Source: an uncultured Clostridia bacterium
GTDB taxonomy: Bacteria; Bacillota; Clostridia; TANB77; CAG-465
Length of the DNA: 64,000 bases
Direction: 5' to 3'
Assembly: GCA_947628005.1 (NCBI GenBank)
Contig: CANQYI010000001.1
Location: 193,110 to 257,109 of the forward strand
The notes beneath the pieces were generated by a model. The model was given only the letters and a program-made list of their open reading frames with translations. It was not told the origin of the DNA and ran no database searches. This document shows positions 10,989 through 20,744 of the stretch, piece by piece (the first letter of the stretch is position 1; the number at the start of each line of letters is the position of its first letter). A program made the position numbers and the translations under genes.

Positions 10989-11080
10989 AATATCATTTCC
11001 TTTTAATCAACTATATTATATATAAATTCTATATAAAATTCAAGTGAAAACTAAAACAAAATAGAGGACAAATTAGCCCT

Positions 11081-11317
11081 CTATTGATGTTTTTCTATAT
11101 ATTCAACAACATCACCTACTGATGTTATTTTTTCTGCATCCGCCTCTGGTATTTCCATATCAAATTCCTCTTCTAGAGCCATTATAAGCTCAACTATGTC
11201 TAAAGAATCTGCACCTAAATCATCTATAAATGTTGTTTCCATTGTAATTGTATCTGTTTCTTCTATCCCTAACTGTTCTCCTATAACCTCTTTTATTCTC
11301 TCGAATATAGCTTCCAT
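11081..11317 (-). CDS. acpP: acyl carrier protein
   Basis: 78 aa starting at MEAIF…. Contains the phosphopantetheine attachment motif DLGADSLD. The ORF-track N-terminal extension to 11377 is rejected. Confidence 0.88.
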   Translation of the reverse strand: MEAIFERIKEVIGEQLGIEETDTITMETTFIDDLGADSLDIVELIMALEEEFDMEIPEADAEKITSVGDVVEYIEKHQ

Positions 11318-11462
11318 ATTCTTATTACACCTCCCAAAATATACTTCTATTATCTTATATTTACTCATTAAAGTCAATAGTATTACTATTTTTTTTATTT
11401 TTTTTATAATTATTATTATTATTTTTCTCTTTAAATTACAAATACTAAATGTGGTGTTAAAA

Positions 11463-12476
11463 ATGAATGATTATAAAATAAACATTTCAAAAATATATTA
11501 TGAAAAAAATGCATTAGAATTTGATTTAACTAAAAATATATTTGACGAATATAAAAATATTGAAAAGATTCCTATTGAATCCCACAATAATATTGAAGAA
11601 TTAAGAAAGTCAGAAAACAAAGACTTTGGTAAATTAAAAAATATTCTTGTACTTGGCACAAGGAAAACTTTTAAATATGTTGAAAACCATAAAATTTCTG
11701 ATTTTCTAGTGCCTTTTACTTCCTCTGGATGTTATGCTATGTGTATGTATTGCTACCTTGTTTGTAACTTTAATAAATGTTCTTATTTACGTCTATTTGT
11801 AAATCAAAAACAAATATTAGATAAACTCGTTAAACATGCAAATAACTCTTTGACAGAATATACTTATGAAATTGGTAGCAATAGTGATCTTTTACTAGAA
11901 AATTTGATTTCAAAAAACCTATATAACAATATTGAATATTTTTTGCAAAATACTAAACATGGAAAACTTACTTTTCCAAGCAAATTTAAATATATCGAAC
12001 CTTTAAAAGATATTTCTGATAAATCAAGATTACTTCCTCGAATAAGTTTAAACCCCGAAAATATTATAAACAAAGTAGAATTTAGAACCAGTAATTTAAT
12101 AGATAGATTACACGCTATAAATTCCTTATATTACTTTGGTTATAAACCATATATTTTAATTGCTCCTGTTATAATTACTGATAATTTTGAAGAAGATTAT
12201 AATGAATTATTTTCAACTATGCACGCTTTGCTTGATAAAAAATTGCACGATAAAATAACATTTGAAGTAATTTTTATGACTTACAGTTATGTTCATAGAA
12301 AAATAAACGAAGAAGCCTTTCCAAAAGCTATAAACTTATACTCTGAAAAGTTAATGACTTCTCGTGGTGTAGGAAAATATCATTATAAAATGCAAGTAAA
12401 AGATTATGGAAAAAACTATATTGAACATTTAATAAAAGTTTTCTTTCCAAAAGCTACTATAAAATATATTGTATAG
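11463..12476 (+). CDS. splB: spore photoproduct lyase (radical SAM, SplB-like)
   Basis: Start taken at MNDYKINIS. The ORF-track extension from 11196 is antisense to acpP and is rejected. The CxxxCxxC motif sits in [13 protein letters not shown], which closely resembles the B. subtilis SplB cluster. Length is about 337 aa. Confidence 0.7.
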   Translation: MNDYKINISKIYYEKNALEFDLTKNIFDEYKNIEKIPIESHNNIEELRKSENKDFGKLKNILVLGTRKTFKYVENHKISDFLVPFTSSGCYAMCMYCYLVCNFNKCSYLRLFVNQKQILDKLVKHANNSLTEYTYEIGSNSDLLLENLISKNLYNNIEYFLQNTKHGKLTFPSKFKYIEPLKDISDKSRLLPRISLNPENIINKVEFRTSNLIDRLHAINSLYYFGYKPYILIAPVIITDNFEEDYNELFSTMHALLDKKLHDKITFEVIFMTYSYVHRKINEEAFPKAINLYSEKLMTSRGVGKYHYKMQVKDYGKNYIEHLIKVFFPKATIKYIV

Positions 12477-12510
12477 AAAAAACGGACTAGAATATTCTAG
12501 TCCATTTTTA
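12477..12510. terminator. bidirectional rho-independent terminator (perfect 20-bp palindrome GGACTAGAATATTCTAGTCC flanked by A-run and T-run)
   Basis: Seen directly at 12484-12503. Lies between the convergent splB and paralog-1 genes. The paralog-1 stop codon sits inside the hairpin. Confidence 0.75.
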
Positions 12511-12982
12511 TTGTAAAGTAGTAATCCTTTTCATCGACGCCTTTAAATTTGTATGTGACGCCCTCGCTTCCGTTATCAGGGTAATCGAGCTTATATTCAT
12601 CACTACCCAATTTTGAAAAATCACAAGTAACCCAGTTATTAGCTTTATTGTCCCACCGCAGCAAAGATGTTATTTGCTCTGTATTCACGATATAATACGT
12701 TTCATCTGCGTTTGGACCGCTAAAACTTTGCATATTCTCGATACTCGACGAAAAATCTGTATACGTCGATATCTTATTTGATATTTTGTTTCCTGCGCTC
12801 ACTCGGCTAATGGAGATGACATCATGCTCACAAAATAAGCTTGCGGCTATGGCAATTATGCCCATCAGTCCTACCGAAATTACAAGTATAAGTGGAACAA
12901 TGAAATCTAGTACTTCTAGGAAGCTACAGATCCTTTCCCGCTTTTCTTCTTTCTGCCATGTTGTAAGGCACCTTTTTCTCAT
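12497..12982 (-). CDS. small membrane-anchored protein, paralog 1 of a tandem triplet (short cytoplasmic N-terminus, one TM, ~110-aa extracytoplasmic domain)
   Basis: Shares the TWDDTSNNW/RWDNKANNW…(C)D(F/C)…(E/D)YK…(F/Y)P(N/D) signature with paralogs 2 and 3. Own promoter TTGACA-17-TAAAAT on the minus strand at 13027-13055, and an AGGAGG RBS. Confidence 0.7.
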   Translation of the reverse strand: MRKRCLTTWQKEEKRERICSFLEVLDFIVPLILVISVGLMGIIAIAASLFCEHDVISISRVSAGNKISNKISTYTDFSSSIENMQSFSGPNADETYYIVNTEQITSLLRWDNKANNWVTCDFSKLGSDEYKLDYPDNGSEGVTYKFKGVDEKDYYFTIKMD

Positions 12983-13103
12983 TTTTATTCCTCCTCGTAA
13001 ATTATTAAAAGATTATAGAAAAAAACTATACGCATATTTTATCATCTTTTATGTAAAATGTCAATATTTTTTCAAATTTATGTAAAATTAGTAGCTATAT
13101 AAA

Positions 13104-13135
13104 AAACGGGCTAGAATATTCTAGTCCGTTTTATT
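13104..13135. terminator. rho-independent terminator, second copy of the CGGGCTAGAATATTCTAGTCCG palindrome
   Basis: Near-identical to the 12484-12503 palindrome, with one G·U wobble. The paralog-2 stop codon is inside it. Confidence 0.65.
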
Positions 13136-13600
13136 TAAATTAACTATCGTAAAATAAAATTCGTATTTATCAACTGTTAATTTGTAATTTGCAACCTCAT
13201 CTTCATTTAAATCATTAGGAAAATTAAATTTATATTCTTTATTATTGATTTCAATTAACTCACAGTCACTCCAATTGTTACTGGTATCATCCCATGTAAC
13301 TAAAGACACTTTTCCTTTCATGTCATAATAAAAATTTATTATATAATACGCTCTCTCAGAATTTTCATTAAAATTTTGTGGATTTTCAACACTTGTATAA
13401 AAATTATCATACAATACAATTTCTTCTGAAACACCATCCTTTACATTAATTCGCTGTACATGAAATGAAGTAAATATTGAATACCTCACTGACCAAATAC
13501 CAATTAGAAGAAAACAACTTAATAACAAAATAGCTACGATGACAGCAGGTAATTTGTTCGAAACACGATTTCTAACATGTTTAGTCTGTTCTTCTTTCAT
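13121..13600 (-). CDS. small membrane-anchored protein, paralog 2 of the tandem triplet
   Basis: High identity to paralog 3 over the full length (MKEEQTKHVRNRVSNKLPAVIVAILLL… against MNEEQTKHVRKRLSDKLPAVILAILLI…). Confidence 0.7.
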   Translation of the reverse strand: MKEEQTKHVRNRVSNKLPAVIVAILLLSCFLLIGIWSVRYSIFTSFHVQRINVKDGVSEEIVLYDNFYTSVENPQNFNENSERAYYIINFYYDMKGKVSLVTWDDTSNNWSDCELIEINNKEYKFNFPNDLNEDEVANYKLTVDKYEFYFTIVNLNKTD

Positions 13601-13709
13601 AATGAAATCCTCCTCATAAATTATTAGAAAAATTAAAGGAAAAATACGAATACATTATATTATTTTTTTGGCATTTACATAAACTATAAATATAAACGGT
13701 CAAAATATT

Positions 13710-14186
13710 CTAGTCCGTTTTATTTGAATTAACTATCGTAAAATAAAATTCTTTATTATCAGCTATCAATCTGTAATTTACAGCTTTATCTTCCTTTAAT
13801 TCATTAGGAAAATTAAATTTATATTCTTTATAATTGATTTCAAATAACTCACAGTCACTCCAATTGTTACTGGTATCATCCCATGTAGCTAAAGAGACTT
13901 TTCCTTTTATGTCATAAGAAAAATTTATCATATAGTACACTTGTTCAGAATTTTCGCTAAAATTTTGTGGATTTTCAACACTTACATGAAAAGTATCGTA
14001 CAATACAATTTTTTCTGAAACACCATCCTCTACATTAATCCGACATACGTAAAATGAATGACAAACACCATACACTCCCCAAATAAAAAGTGCAAAAAAG
14101 CAAATTATTAATAAAATAGCTAAGATGACAGCAGGTAATTTGTCCGAAAGACGCTTTCTAACATGTTTAGTCTGTTCTTCGTTCAT
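13710..14186 (-). CDS. small membrane-anchored protein, paralog 3 of the tandem triplet
   Basis: As paralog 2. Consensus promoter TTGACT-17-TATAAT on the minus strand (about 14230-14260) and an AAGGAGG RBS. Confidence 0.7.
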   Translation of the reverse strand: MNEEQTKHVRKRLSDKLPAVILAILLIICFFALFIWGVYGVCHSFYVCRINVEDGVSEKIVLYDTFHVSVENPQNFSENSEQVYYMINFSYDIKGKVSLATWDDTSNNWSDCELFEINYKEYKFNFPNELKEDKAVNYRLIADNKEFYFTIVNSNKTD

Positions 14187-14295
14187 AAAAAATCCTCCTT
14201 GTATATTAATAAAGAAATGGAAAATAAACTATGCGCGTATTATATCATTTTTTTGTTAAAAAGTCAATTTTTTAAATTTTTATAGATAAAAATAA

Positions 14296-14335
14296 AAAGC
14301 CCTAGAAGCTAAAGTTCTAGAGCCTTTTATTCAAT
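14296..14335 (-). terminator. tuf terminator (imperfect CTAGAA/TTCTAG hairpin followed by a T-run on the minus strand)
   Basis: GCTCTAGAA…TTCTAGGGC stem followed by TTTTTATTTTT in the transcript sense, immediately 3' of the tuf stop. Confidence 0.55.
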
Positions 14336-14342
14336 TATTAAA

Positions 14343-15545
14343 TTATTCAATTATAGCAGATACTGAACCAGCACCAACTGTTCTACCACCTTCACGAATA
14401 GCGAATTTTAATCCTTTTTCTATAGCGATAGGTGTTATTAATTTAATTTTCATTGTTACATTATCACCTGGCATTACCATTTCTTTATCAGCTGGTAAAT
14501 CGATTACACCTGTAACATCAGTTGTTCTGAAGTAGAATTGTGGTCTATAACCTTTGAAGAATGGAGTATGTCTTCCACCTTCTTCTTTAGTTAATACATA
14601 AACTTCAGCTTCGAATTCAGTATGTGGATGAATTGTTCCTGGTTTAGCAAGAACTTGACCTCTTTCGATTTCGTTTCTTTGAACACCTCTTAGAAGTACA
14701 CCAGCATTATCTCCTGCTTCAGCAGATGCTAATTCTTTTCTAAACATTTCGATTCCTGTTACAACTGTTTTTCTAGTTTCAGTAGTTAAACCAACGATTT
14801 CAACTTCTTCACCAATTTTTAAAGATCCTCTTTCGATTCTTCCTGTTGCAACTGTTCCTCTACCAGTTATTGTGAATACATCTTCAACTGGCATTAAGAA
14901 AGGTTTATCTGTTTCTCTTTGAGGAGTTGGGATGTATGTATCAACAGCATCTAATAATTCTTTGATACATGCATATTCAGGAGCATTAGGATCTGTTGAT
15001 GTAGATTCAAGAACTTTTAAAGCAGAACCTTGAATTATTGGAGTAGTATCTCCAGGGAATTCATATTTGTTTAATAGATCTCTTATATCCATATCAACTA
15101 ATTCTAATAATTCTGGATCGTCAACCATATCACATTTGTTCATGAAAACAACTATGTAAGGAACACCAACTTGTCTAGCAAGTAGAATATGTTCTCTAGT
15201 TTGTGGCATTGGACCATCAGCAGCAGAAACAACTAGGATTGCACCATCCATTTGTGCAGCACCAGTGATCATGTTTTTAACATAGTCAGCGTGTCCTGGA
15301 CAGTCAACGTGTGCATAGTGTCTGTTTGCTGTTTCATATTCAACGTGAGCAGTAGAGATTGTAATACCTCTTGCTCTTTCTTCTGGAGCTCCATCGATTT
15401 GATCGTATGCTTTAAATTCAGCTCCACCAGTTAAGCTACAGTATTTAGTTATTGCAGCTGTAAGTGTAGTTTTACCATGGTCAACGTGACCAATAGTACC
15501 AATATTAGCGTGTGGTTTGTTTCTTTCAAACTTAGCTTTTGCCAT
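14343..15545 (-). CDS. tuf: elongation factor Tu
   Basis: [17 protein letters not shown] and NKCD GTPase motifs. Full-length, highly conserved. Confidence 0.98.
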   Translation of the reverse strand: MAKAKFERNKPHANIGTIGHVDHGKTTLTAAITKYCSLTGGAEFKAYDQIDGAPEERARGITISTAHVEYETANRHYAHVDCPGHADYVKNMITGAAQMDGAILVVSAADGPMPQTREHILLARQVGVPYIVVFMNKCDMVDDPELLELVDMDIRDLLNKYEFPGDTTPIIQGSALKVLESTSTDPNAPEYACIKELLDAVDTYIPTPQRETDKPFLMPVEDVFTITGRGTVATGRIERGSLKIGEEVEIVGLTTETRKTVVTGIEMFRKELASAEAGDNAGVLLRGVQRNEIERGQVLAKPGTIHPHTEFEAEVYVLTKEEGGRHTPFFKGYRPQFYFRTTDVTGVIDLPADKEMVMPGDNVTMKIKLITPIAIEKGLKFAIREGGRTVGAGSVSAIIE

Positions 15546-15577
15546 TTTAAATTCCTCCTTATTTAATGCTTATGCAT

Positions 15578-15607
15578 TGATTAATGAATATTTTACTACA
15601 AATTAAA
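15578..15607. other. 12-bp perfect AT-rich hairpin (AAATTAAAGTAT-N6-ATACTTTAATTT) in the fusA-tuf intergenic spacer
   Basis: Seen directly. Possible processing or attenuation element between fusA and tuf. Confidence 0.35.
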
Positions 15608-15651
15608 GTATTTTGCAATACTTTAATTTGTAATTTAACTATTTTTGATTT

Positions 15652-17736
15652 TTAATCTTCCTTCTTAGTTCTTTGAGCTACTATTGTATCAAGAACTGAT
15701 TTTGGAACATCTTCATAATGAGAAGGTTCCATAGAGTATACGCCTCTACCTTGAGTTTTAGAACGCAAGTCAGTTGCATATCCAAACATTTCAGAAAGTG
15801 GAATAAATGCATGAATTGTTGTAGTACCTTGTACTGTATCCATACCTTCCATTCTACCTCTTCTAGAGTTTACGTCTCCTATAACATCTCCCATATATTC
15901 TTCAGGAACTGTTATATCAACTTTCATTATTGGCTCTAATAATGTTGCTCCACCTTGACGGCAAGCTTCTCTTAAAGCCATAGAACCTGCTATATGGAAT
16001 GCAGCTTCTGATGAGTCAACATCGTGATAAGAACCATCAACAAGTGCAACTTTTAAATCAACTACTGGATAACCTGCAAGTACACCTGATTTCATTGCCT
16101 CTTGAATACCTTCATCAGTTGGTTTAACATATTCTTTTGGAACAACACCACCAACGATTCTTGATTCAAATTCATAACCTTTACCTGGTTCATTAGGCTC
16201 AACTTCTAGCCATACATGACCATATTGTCCTCTACCACCAGATTGACGAATGAATTTACCTTCAACTCTAACAGGTTTCTTAATAGTTTCTTTATAAGCA
16301 ACTTGTGGTTTACCAACATTTGCTTCAACTTTAAACTCTCTTTTTAATCTATCAACTATGATATCTAGATGAAGTTCACCCATACCAGCTATGATAGTTT
16401 GACCTGTTTCTTGATTTGTATAAGTTTTGAATGAAGGATCTTCTTCAGCTAATTTTTGTAAAGCTATAGCCATTTTTTCTTGGTCTGCTTTAGTTTTTGG
16501 CTCAATTGATATATCTATAACTGGATCTGGGAATTCTATTGATTCTAGAATTATTTCATGTCCTTCAGAACAAATTGTATCTCCAGTTACAACATCTTTT
16601 AGACCAACTGCACAAGCAATATCTCCAGCATAAACTTTATCTATGTCTTGTCTAGAGTTTGCGTGCATTTGAATTAATCTTCCAATTCTTTCTTTTTTAC
16701 CCTTATTAGCGTTTACTACATAAGAACCACTTTCAAGTGTTCCTGAATAAACTCTAAAGAATGTTAATTTTCCAACATAAGGATCTGTCATTATTTTAAA
16801 TGCAAGTGCTGCAAAAGGTTCATCATCAGATGTAATTCTTTCAGCTTCAGTTCCGTCTTCAAGTACACCTTTTATATGAGGTATATCTGTTGGAGCTGGC
16901 ATATAATCAACAATATTGTCAAGTAATTCTTGAACACATTTATTTTTATATGAGCTTCCACATGTTACTGGAACCATATCTCCTGCTATAGTAGCTTTTC
17001 TAATTGCACCTTTTAATTCTTCAACTGAAATATCTTCTCCATCTAAATATTTCATCATAACTTCTTCATCTTGATCTGCTACTGCTTCAAGTAAAGCTGC
17101 TCTGTATTCTTCAGCTTGAGCTTTTAACTCGTCTGGAATTGGTTCACGTCTTACATCTTTTCCAAGATCATCATAGTGTACACAAGCTTCCATAGTAACT
17201 AAATCAATAAGACCTTTAAAAGTATCTTCTTTTCCTATAGGTAATGCTATTGGAACTGCATTTGCATTTAATCTTGTTCTTAATTGTTGAACACAATTAA
17301 AGAAGTCAGCTCCTGTTATATCCATTTTATTTACATATACCATTCTTGGTACATTGTATTTATTTGCTTGTCTCCAAACAGTTTCAGATTGAGGTTGAAC
17401 TCCACCTTTGGCACAAAGTACAGTTACAGAACCATCTAGAACTCTTAGAGATCTTTCAACTTCAATTGTAAAATCAACGTGTCCTGGTGTATCTATAATA
17501 TTTATTCTATTATTTTTCCAGAAACATGTTGTTGCAGCTGAAGTTATTGTTATACCTCTTTCTTGTTCTTGTTCCATCCAGTCCATTGTTGCATCGCCAT
17601 CATGAACTTCACCTATTTTATGTGTTTTACCTGTGTAAAACAATATTCTTTCAGTAGTAGTAGTTTTACCAGCATCAATGTGTGCCATGATACCGATATT
17701 TCTTGTCCTCTCAAGAGGATATTCTCTACCTGCCAT
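15652..17736 (-). CDS. fusA: elongation factor G
   Basis: [17 protein letters not shown] and NKMD motifs. Full length, 694 aa. Confidence 0.98.
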   Translation of the reverse strand: MAGREYPLERTRNIGIMAHIDAGKTTTTERILFYTGKTHKIGEVHDGDATMDWMEQEQERGITITSAATTCFWKNNRINIIDTPGHVDFTIEVERSLRVLDGSVTVLCAKGGVQPQSETVWRQANKYNVPRMVYVNKMDITGADFFNCVQQLRTRLNANAVPIALPIGKEDTFKGLIDLVTMEACVHYDDLGKDVRREPIPDELKAQAEEYRAALLEAVADQDEEVMMKYLDGEDISVEELKGAIRKATIAGDMVPVTCGSSYKNKCVQELLDNIVDYMPAPTDIPHIKGVLEDGTEAERITSDDEPFAALAFKIMTDPYVGKLTFFRVYSGTLESGSYVVNANKGKKERIGRLIQMHANSRQDIDKVYAGDIACAVGLKDVVTGDTICSEGHEIILESIEFPDPVIDISIEPKTKADQEKMAIALQKLAEEDPSFKTYTNQETGQTIIAGMGELHLDIIVDRLKREFKVEANVGKPQVAYKETIKKPVRVEGKFIRQSGGRGQYGHVWLEVEPNEPGKGYEFESRIVGGVVPKEYVKPTDEGIQEAMKSGVLAGYPVVDLKVALVDGSYHDVDSSEAAFHIAGSMALREACRQGGATLLEPIMKVDITVPEEYMGDVIGDVNSRRGRMEGMDTVQGTTTIHAFIPLSEMFGYATDLRSKTQGRGVYSMEPSHYEDVPKSVLDTIVAQRTKKED

Positions 17737-17763
17737 TTTTTATTTTCCTCCTTCCTTTGTATA

Positions 17764-18297
<534 letters not shown>

Positions 18298-18352
18298 TTA
18301 AAAATTTTTGTAAGTGCTATATATAAAAATTTAAGCACCTAACCTTAAGTTA

Positions 18353-18769
18353 TTATTTTTTCTTTGCTTTCTTAGCTCCGTATTTAGATTTTGCTTTTAC
18401 CCTATCGGCTACGCCAGCAGTATCTAATACACCTCTTACAATGTGGTAACGAACACCTGGAAGGTCTTTTACTCTTCCACCCCTAATTAAAACAACACTG
18501 TGTTCTTGTAGGTTATGTCCAATTCCTGGAATATATGCTGTTACTTCCATTGTATTTGTTAGTCTAACTCTGGCAACTTTACGTAGAGCAGAATTAGGCT
18601 TTTTAGGAGTTTGAGTTTTTACAACTGTACAAACACCTCTCTTTTGTGGTGAAGACTGATTAGTAGCAGCTTTTTTTCTAGAGTTATAACCTCTTTGTAA
18701 AGCTGGTGACTTAGACTTTGTAACTTTATCATGTCTTCCCTTTCTAACTAATTGGCTAAATGTAGGCAC
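18353..18769 (-). CDS. rpsL: 30S ribosomal protein S12
   Basis: Conserved S12 sequence (…[18 protein letters not shown]…). Confidence 0.96.
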   Translation of the reverse strand: MPTFSQLVRKGRHDKVTKSKSPALQRGYNSRKKAATNQSSPQKRGVCTVVKTQTPKKPNSALRKVARVRLTNTMEVTAYIPGIGHNLQEHSVVLIRGGRVKDLPGVRYHIVRGVLDTAGVADRVKAKSKYGAKKAKKK

Positions 18770-18823
18770 TTAAATTCACCCCTTTCTACATTTTATGCGT
18801 CAAAATAAAAATAACGCATATTA

Positions 18824-18852
18824 ATTATACTAAAAAAAACTTAAAAAGTCAA
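18824..18852 (-). promoter_or_regulatory. sigma-A type promoter for the rpsL-rpsG-fusA-tuf operon (TTGACT-17-TATAAT on the minus strand)
   Basis: The reverse complement reads TTGACTttttaagttttttttagTATAAT. A 7-bp inverted repeat (TATGCGT-N13-ACGCATA) lies in the downstream leader. Confidence 0.6.
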
Positions 18853-19023
18853 TATTTTAGGGAATAATTAAGTAATTAAAATTTATTTTTTAAATTAGAA
18901 AAAGTTATTTATTAATTTTATTTTATTTTCAAAAATTAAACTACTAATTACGTATTTTATGTAATTTTTTAATACCTTTTAAGATGTTATTTTTATCTTA
19001 TTAAAATGATATAATTTTTTCTG

Positions 19024-19350
19024 GTGATGTACATGAATAGTTTAAATTCCTATGTTGGAAAAAGAATTAAAGAATATAGAGAAGTAAAAGGTTACACACA
19101 AGAATATATGGCAAAAGAACTTGATATTGCTACTAACCACTATGGAAGAATTGAACGTGGAGAAAACTCTTGTACTATGAACAATCTAGTATCTATATGT
19201 AACATATTAGAAGTTAATCCTAACGATATACTAGGTGAGTTAATAATTAATAAAGATAATGAACTTTTAAAAGATTTAGATAAATTGTCTGTAGACAACA
19301 GAATTGTGGCCTCTAAATTTGTTAAATTTTTACTAAATAATCAAAAATAA
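19024..19350 (+). CDS. XRE-family helix-turn-helix transcriptional regulator (Cro/C1-type)
   Basis: HTH_3-like core (…GYTQEYMAKELDIATNHYGRIERGENSCTMNNLVSICNILEVNPNDIL…). Likely start at an ATG at 19027 or 19033. Confidence 0.75.
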   Translation: MMYMNSLNSYVGKRIKEYREVKGYTQEYMAKELDIATNHYGRIERGENSCTMNNLVSICNILEVNPNDILGELIINKDNELLKDLDKLSVDNRIVASKFVKFLLNNQK

Positions 19351-19353
19351 TAA

Positions 19354-19391
19354 AAAGCTGATATTTGAATTTTTCTTCAAATATCAGCTTT
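19354..19391. terminator. bidirectional rho-independent terminator (perfect 16-bp stem AAAGCTGATATTTGAA / TTCAAATATCAGCTTT, 6-nt loop)
   Basis: Seen directly, between the convergent XRE gene and the transglutaminase-like gene. Confidence 0.8.
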
Positions 19392-19405
19392 AATGTTTCT
19401 AAAAA

Positions 19406-20608
19406 TTAATTTTTTAATATTACATATGTATCTAAAATATTATAATATTGCATAGTATTTTTTTGTAAATCTAGATATTCTTTATAATCTCTTCTACTTA
19501 ATCTTTTTACTATTTTTTCTGGTATTTCACTTATAGTTTTTTCCACTCTAAATTCAACTAACACTTCATTTTCATTACTATCTAAAATGTCTTCTAATTG
19601 AGTAGAAAAATTTTTACTAGCAGAAATAGTCTTTTGGCTAACCTCATAATAGTTATACTTTTCAGATTTAGCTTCTGGAACTATATTAATATCAGTAAAT
19701 TTATGTGACTGTTGTATATATTCATTAGTAACATTGAAATATGAGTGAACTACCGCATCTTCGCTATCTTTGATAGTTTTATCAGATGTTAAATCAACAT
19801 TATACCATTCATCTTCAATAAGTACCATATTCCAAGCATGAGGATCAGATTCAAGTGTTCCAGTTACAAGAATACTTGGTATTGAAACTTTTTCTAAAGC
19901 TAATTGATATAGTTTTGTAAATCCATCACAAACAGCAGTTTTATCTACTATGCCAGAATATACTGTATGATAAATTTCCGGTATCTCTGATATACTATTA
20001 TATTCGTAGTACTTTACATTTTTTGCAATAGCATCATGTAATTGTAGTTCCTTCTGATAAGCACTATCATCAGCTTTAACCTGTAAAGTATACTTTTCAA
20101 TTCCTGTATTTACTTTTTCTATTTCTTCATTTAATTTATCAACAGAATCCACATTATAGCCAAGATATATTTTTACAGAATTTCCTAGTATAGAAGAATT
20201 TGTAAGTATTTGATACTCTGTATTTAAATAGAATACTTCTGGATGATCAGCAAAAAAGCTTTCCATTGCAGAATTTATATCATTTGATACGTTATTAAAA
20301 TTGTACTCTTTATTAAATTTTATTAATACCTTTTCATCTAAATTTTTTACAGCATTTGCAATATGGGTATATATATTTTTTTGATTATCATCTAGTTTAT
20401 CATAATAGTATGTATTATAAGCTATTTTCCCCAAATCATTTATTAGAAAATCTTTGTTATAATCTTCTAAATTTTTAGTTTTTATGCCTATCAACATAAA
20501 ATCTAAATTTTCTTTCATATTTTCTAAAGCATCATTGTTAGTAAATAAAAATATTCCACCTACTACAATTACAGCTATAATAAATAAACAACAAAAAAAT
20601 TTTTTCAT
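19406..20608 (-). CDS. membrane-anchored transglutaminase-like (Cys-His-Asp) domain protein
   Basis: N-terminal TM. Transglutaminase-like core catalytic triad context (…TAVCDGFTKLYQLA…DPHAWNMVLIEDEWYNVDLT…). Confidence 0.6.
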   Translation of the reverse strand: MKKFFCCLFIIAVIVVGGIFLFTNNDALENMKENLDFMLIGIKTKNLEDYNKDFLINDLGKIAYNTYYYDKLDDNQKNIYTHIANAVKNLDEKVLIKFNKEYNFNNVSNDINSAMESFFADHPEVFYLNTEYQILTNSSILGNSVKIYLGYNVDSVDKLNEEIEKVNTGIEKYTLQVKADDSAYQKELQLHDAIAKNVKYYEYNSISEIPEIYHTVYSGIVDKTAVCDGFTKLYQLALEKVSIPSILVTGTLESDPHAWNMVLIEDEWYNVDLTSDKTIKDSEDAVVHSYFNVTNEYIQQSHKFTDINIVPEAKSEKYNYYEVSQKTISASKNFSTQLEDILDSNENEVLVEFRVEKTISEIPEKIVKRLSRRDYKEYLDLQKNTMQYYNILDTYVILKN

Positions 20609-20701
20609 ACGTCACCTTTTCTATGCTTTTTACATAATACACAATGTTATTTTAACATATACGTAATTATTTTTCAACAGTCTTTCCAAACTTTATCTAT
20701 A

Positions 20702-20737
20702 TAAAAAAGACTTAGAATTGTTTTTAATTCTAAGTCT
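20702..20737 (-). terminator. rpoC terminator (12-bp perfect stem AGACTTAGAATT / AATTCTAAGTCT followed by a T-run on the minus strand)
   Basis: Seen directly 3' of the rpoC stop. Confidence 0.7.
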
Positions 20738-20744
20738 AATATTT

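Noticed and set aside
11196-11462. N-terminal 89 codons of the 11196-12476 ORF
   Set aside because: Antisense to acpP, Ile/Ser-rich and low-complexity. The true splB start is the ATG at 11463 (MNDYK…).
18770-19023. tRNA or small RNA gene in the long AT-rich spacer upstream of rpsL
   Set aside because: No cloverleaf-compatible segments or conserved GTTCRA T-loop. Only promoter-like elements and a leader palindrome were found.
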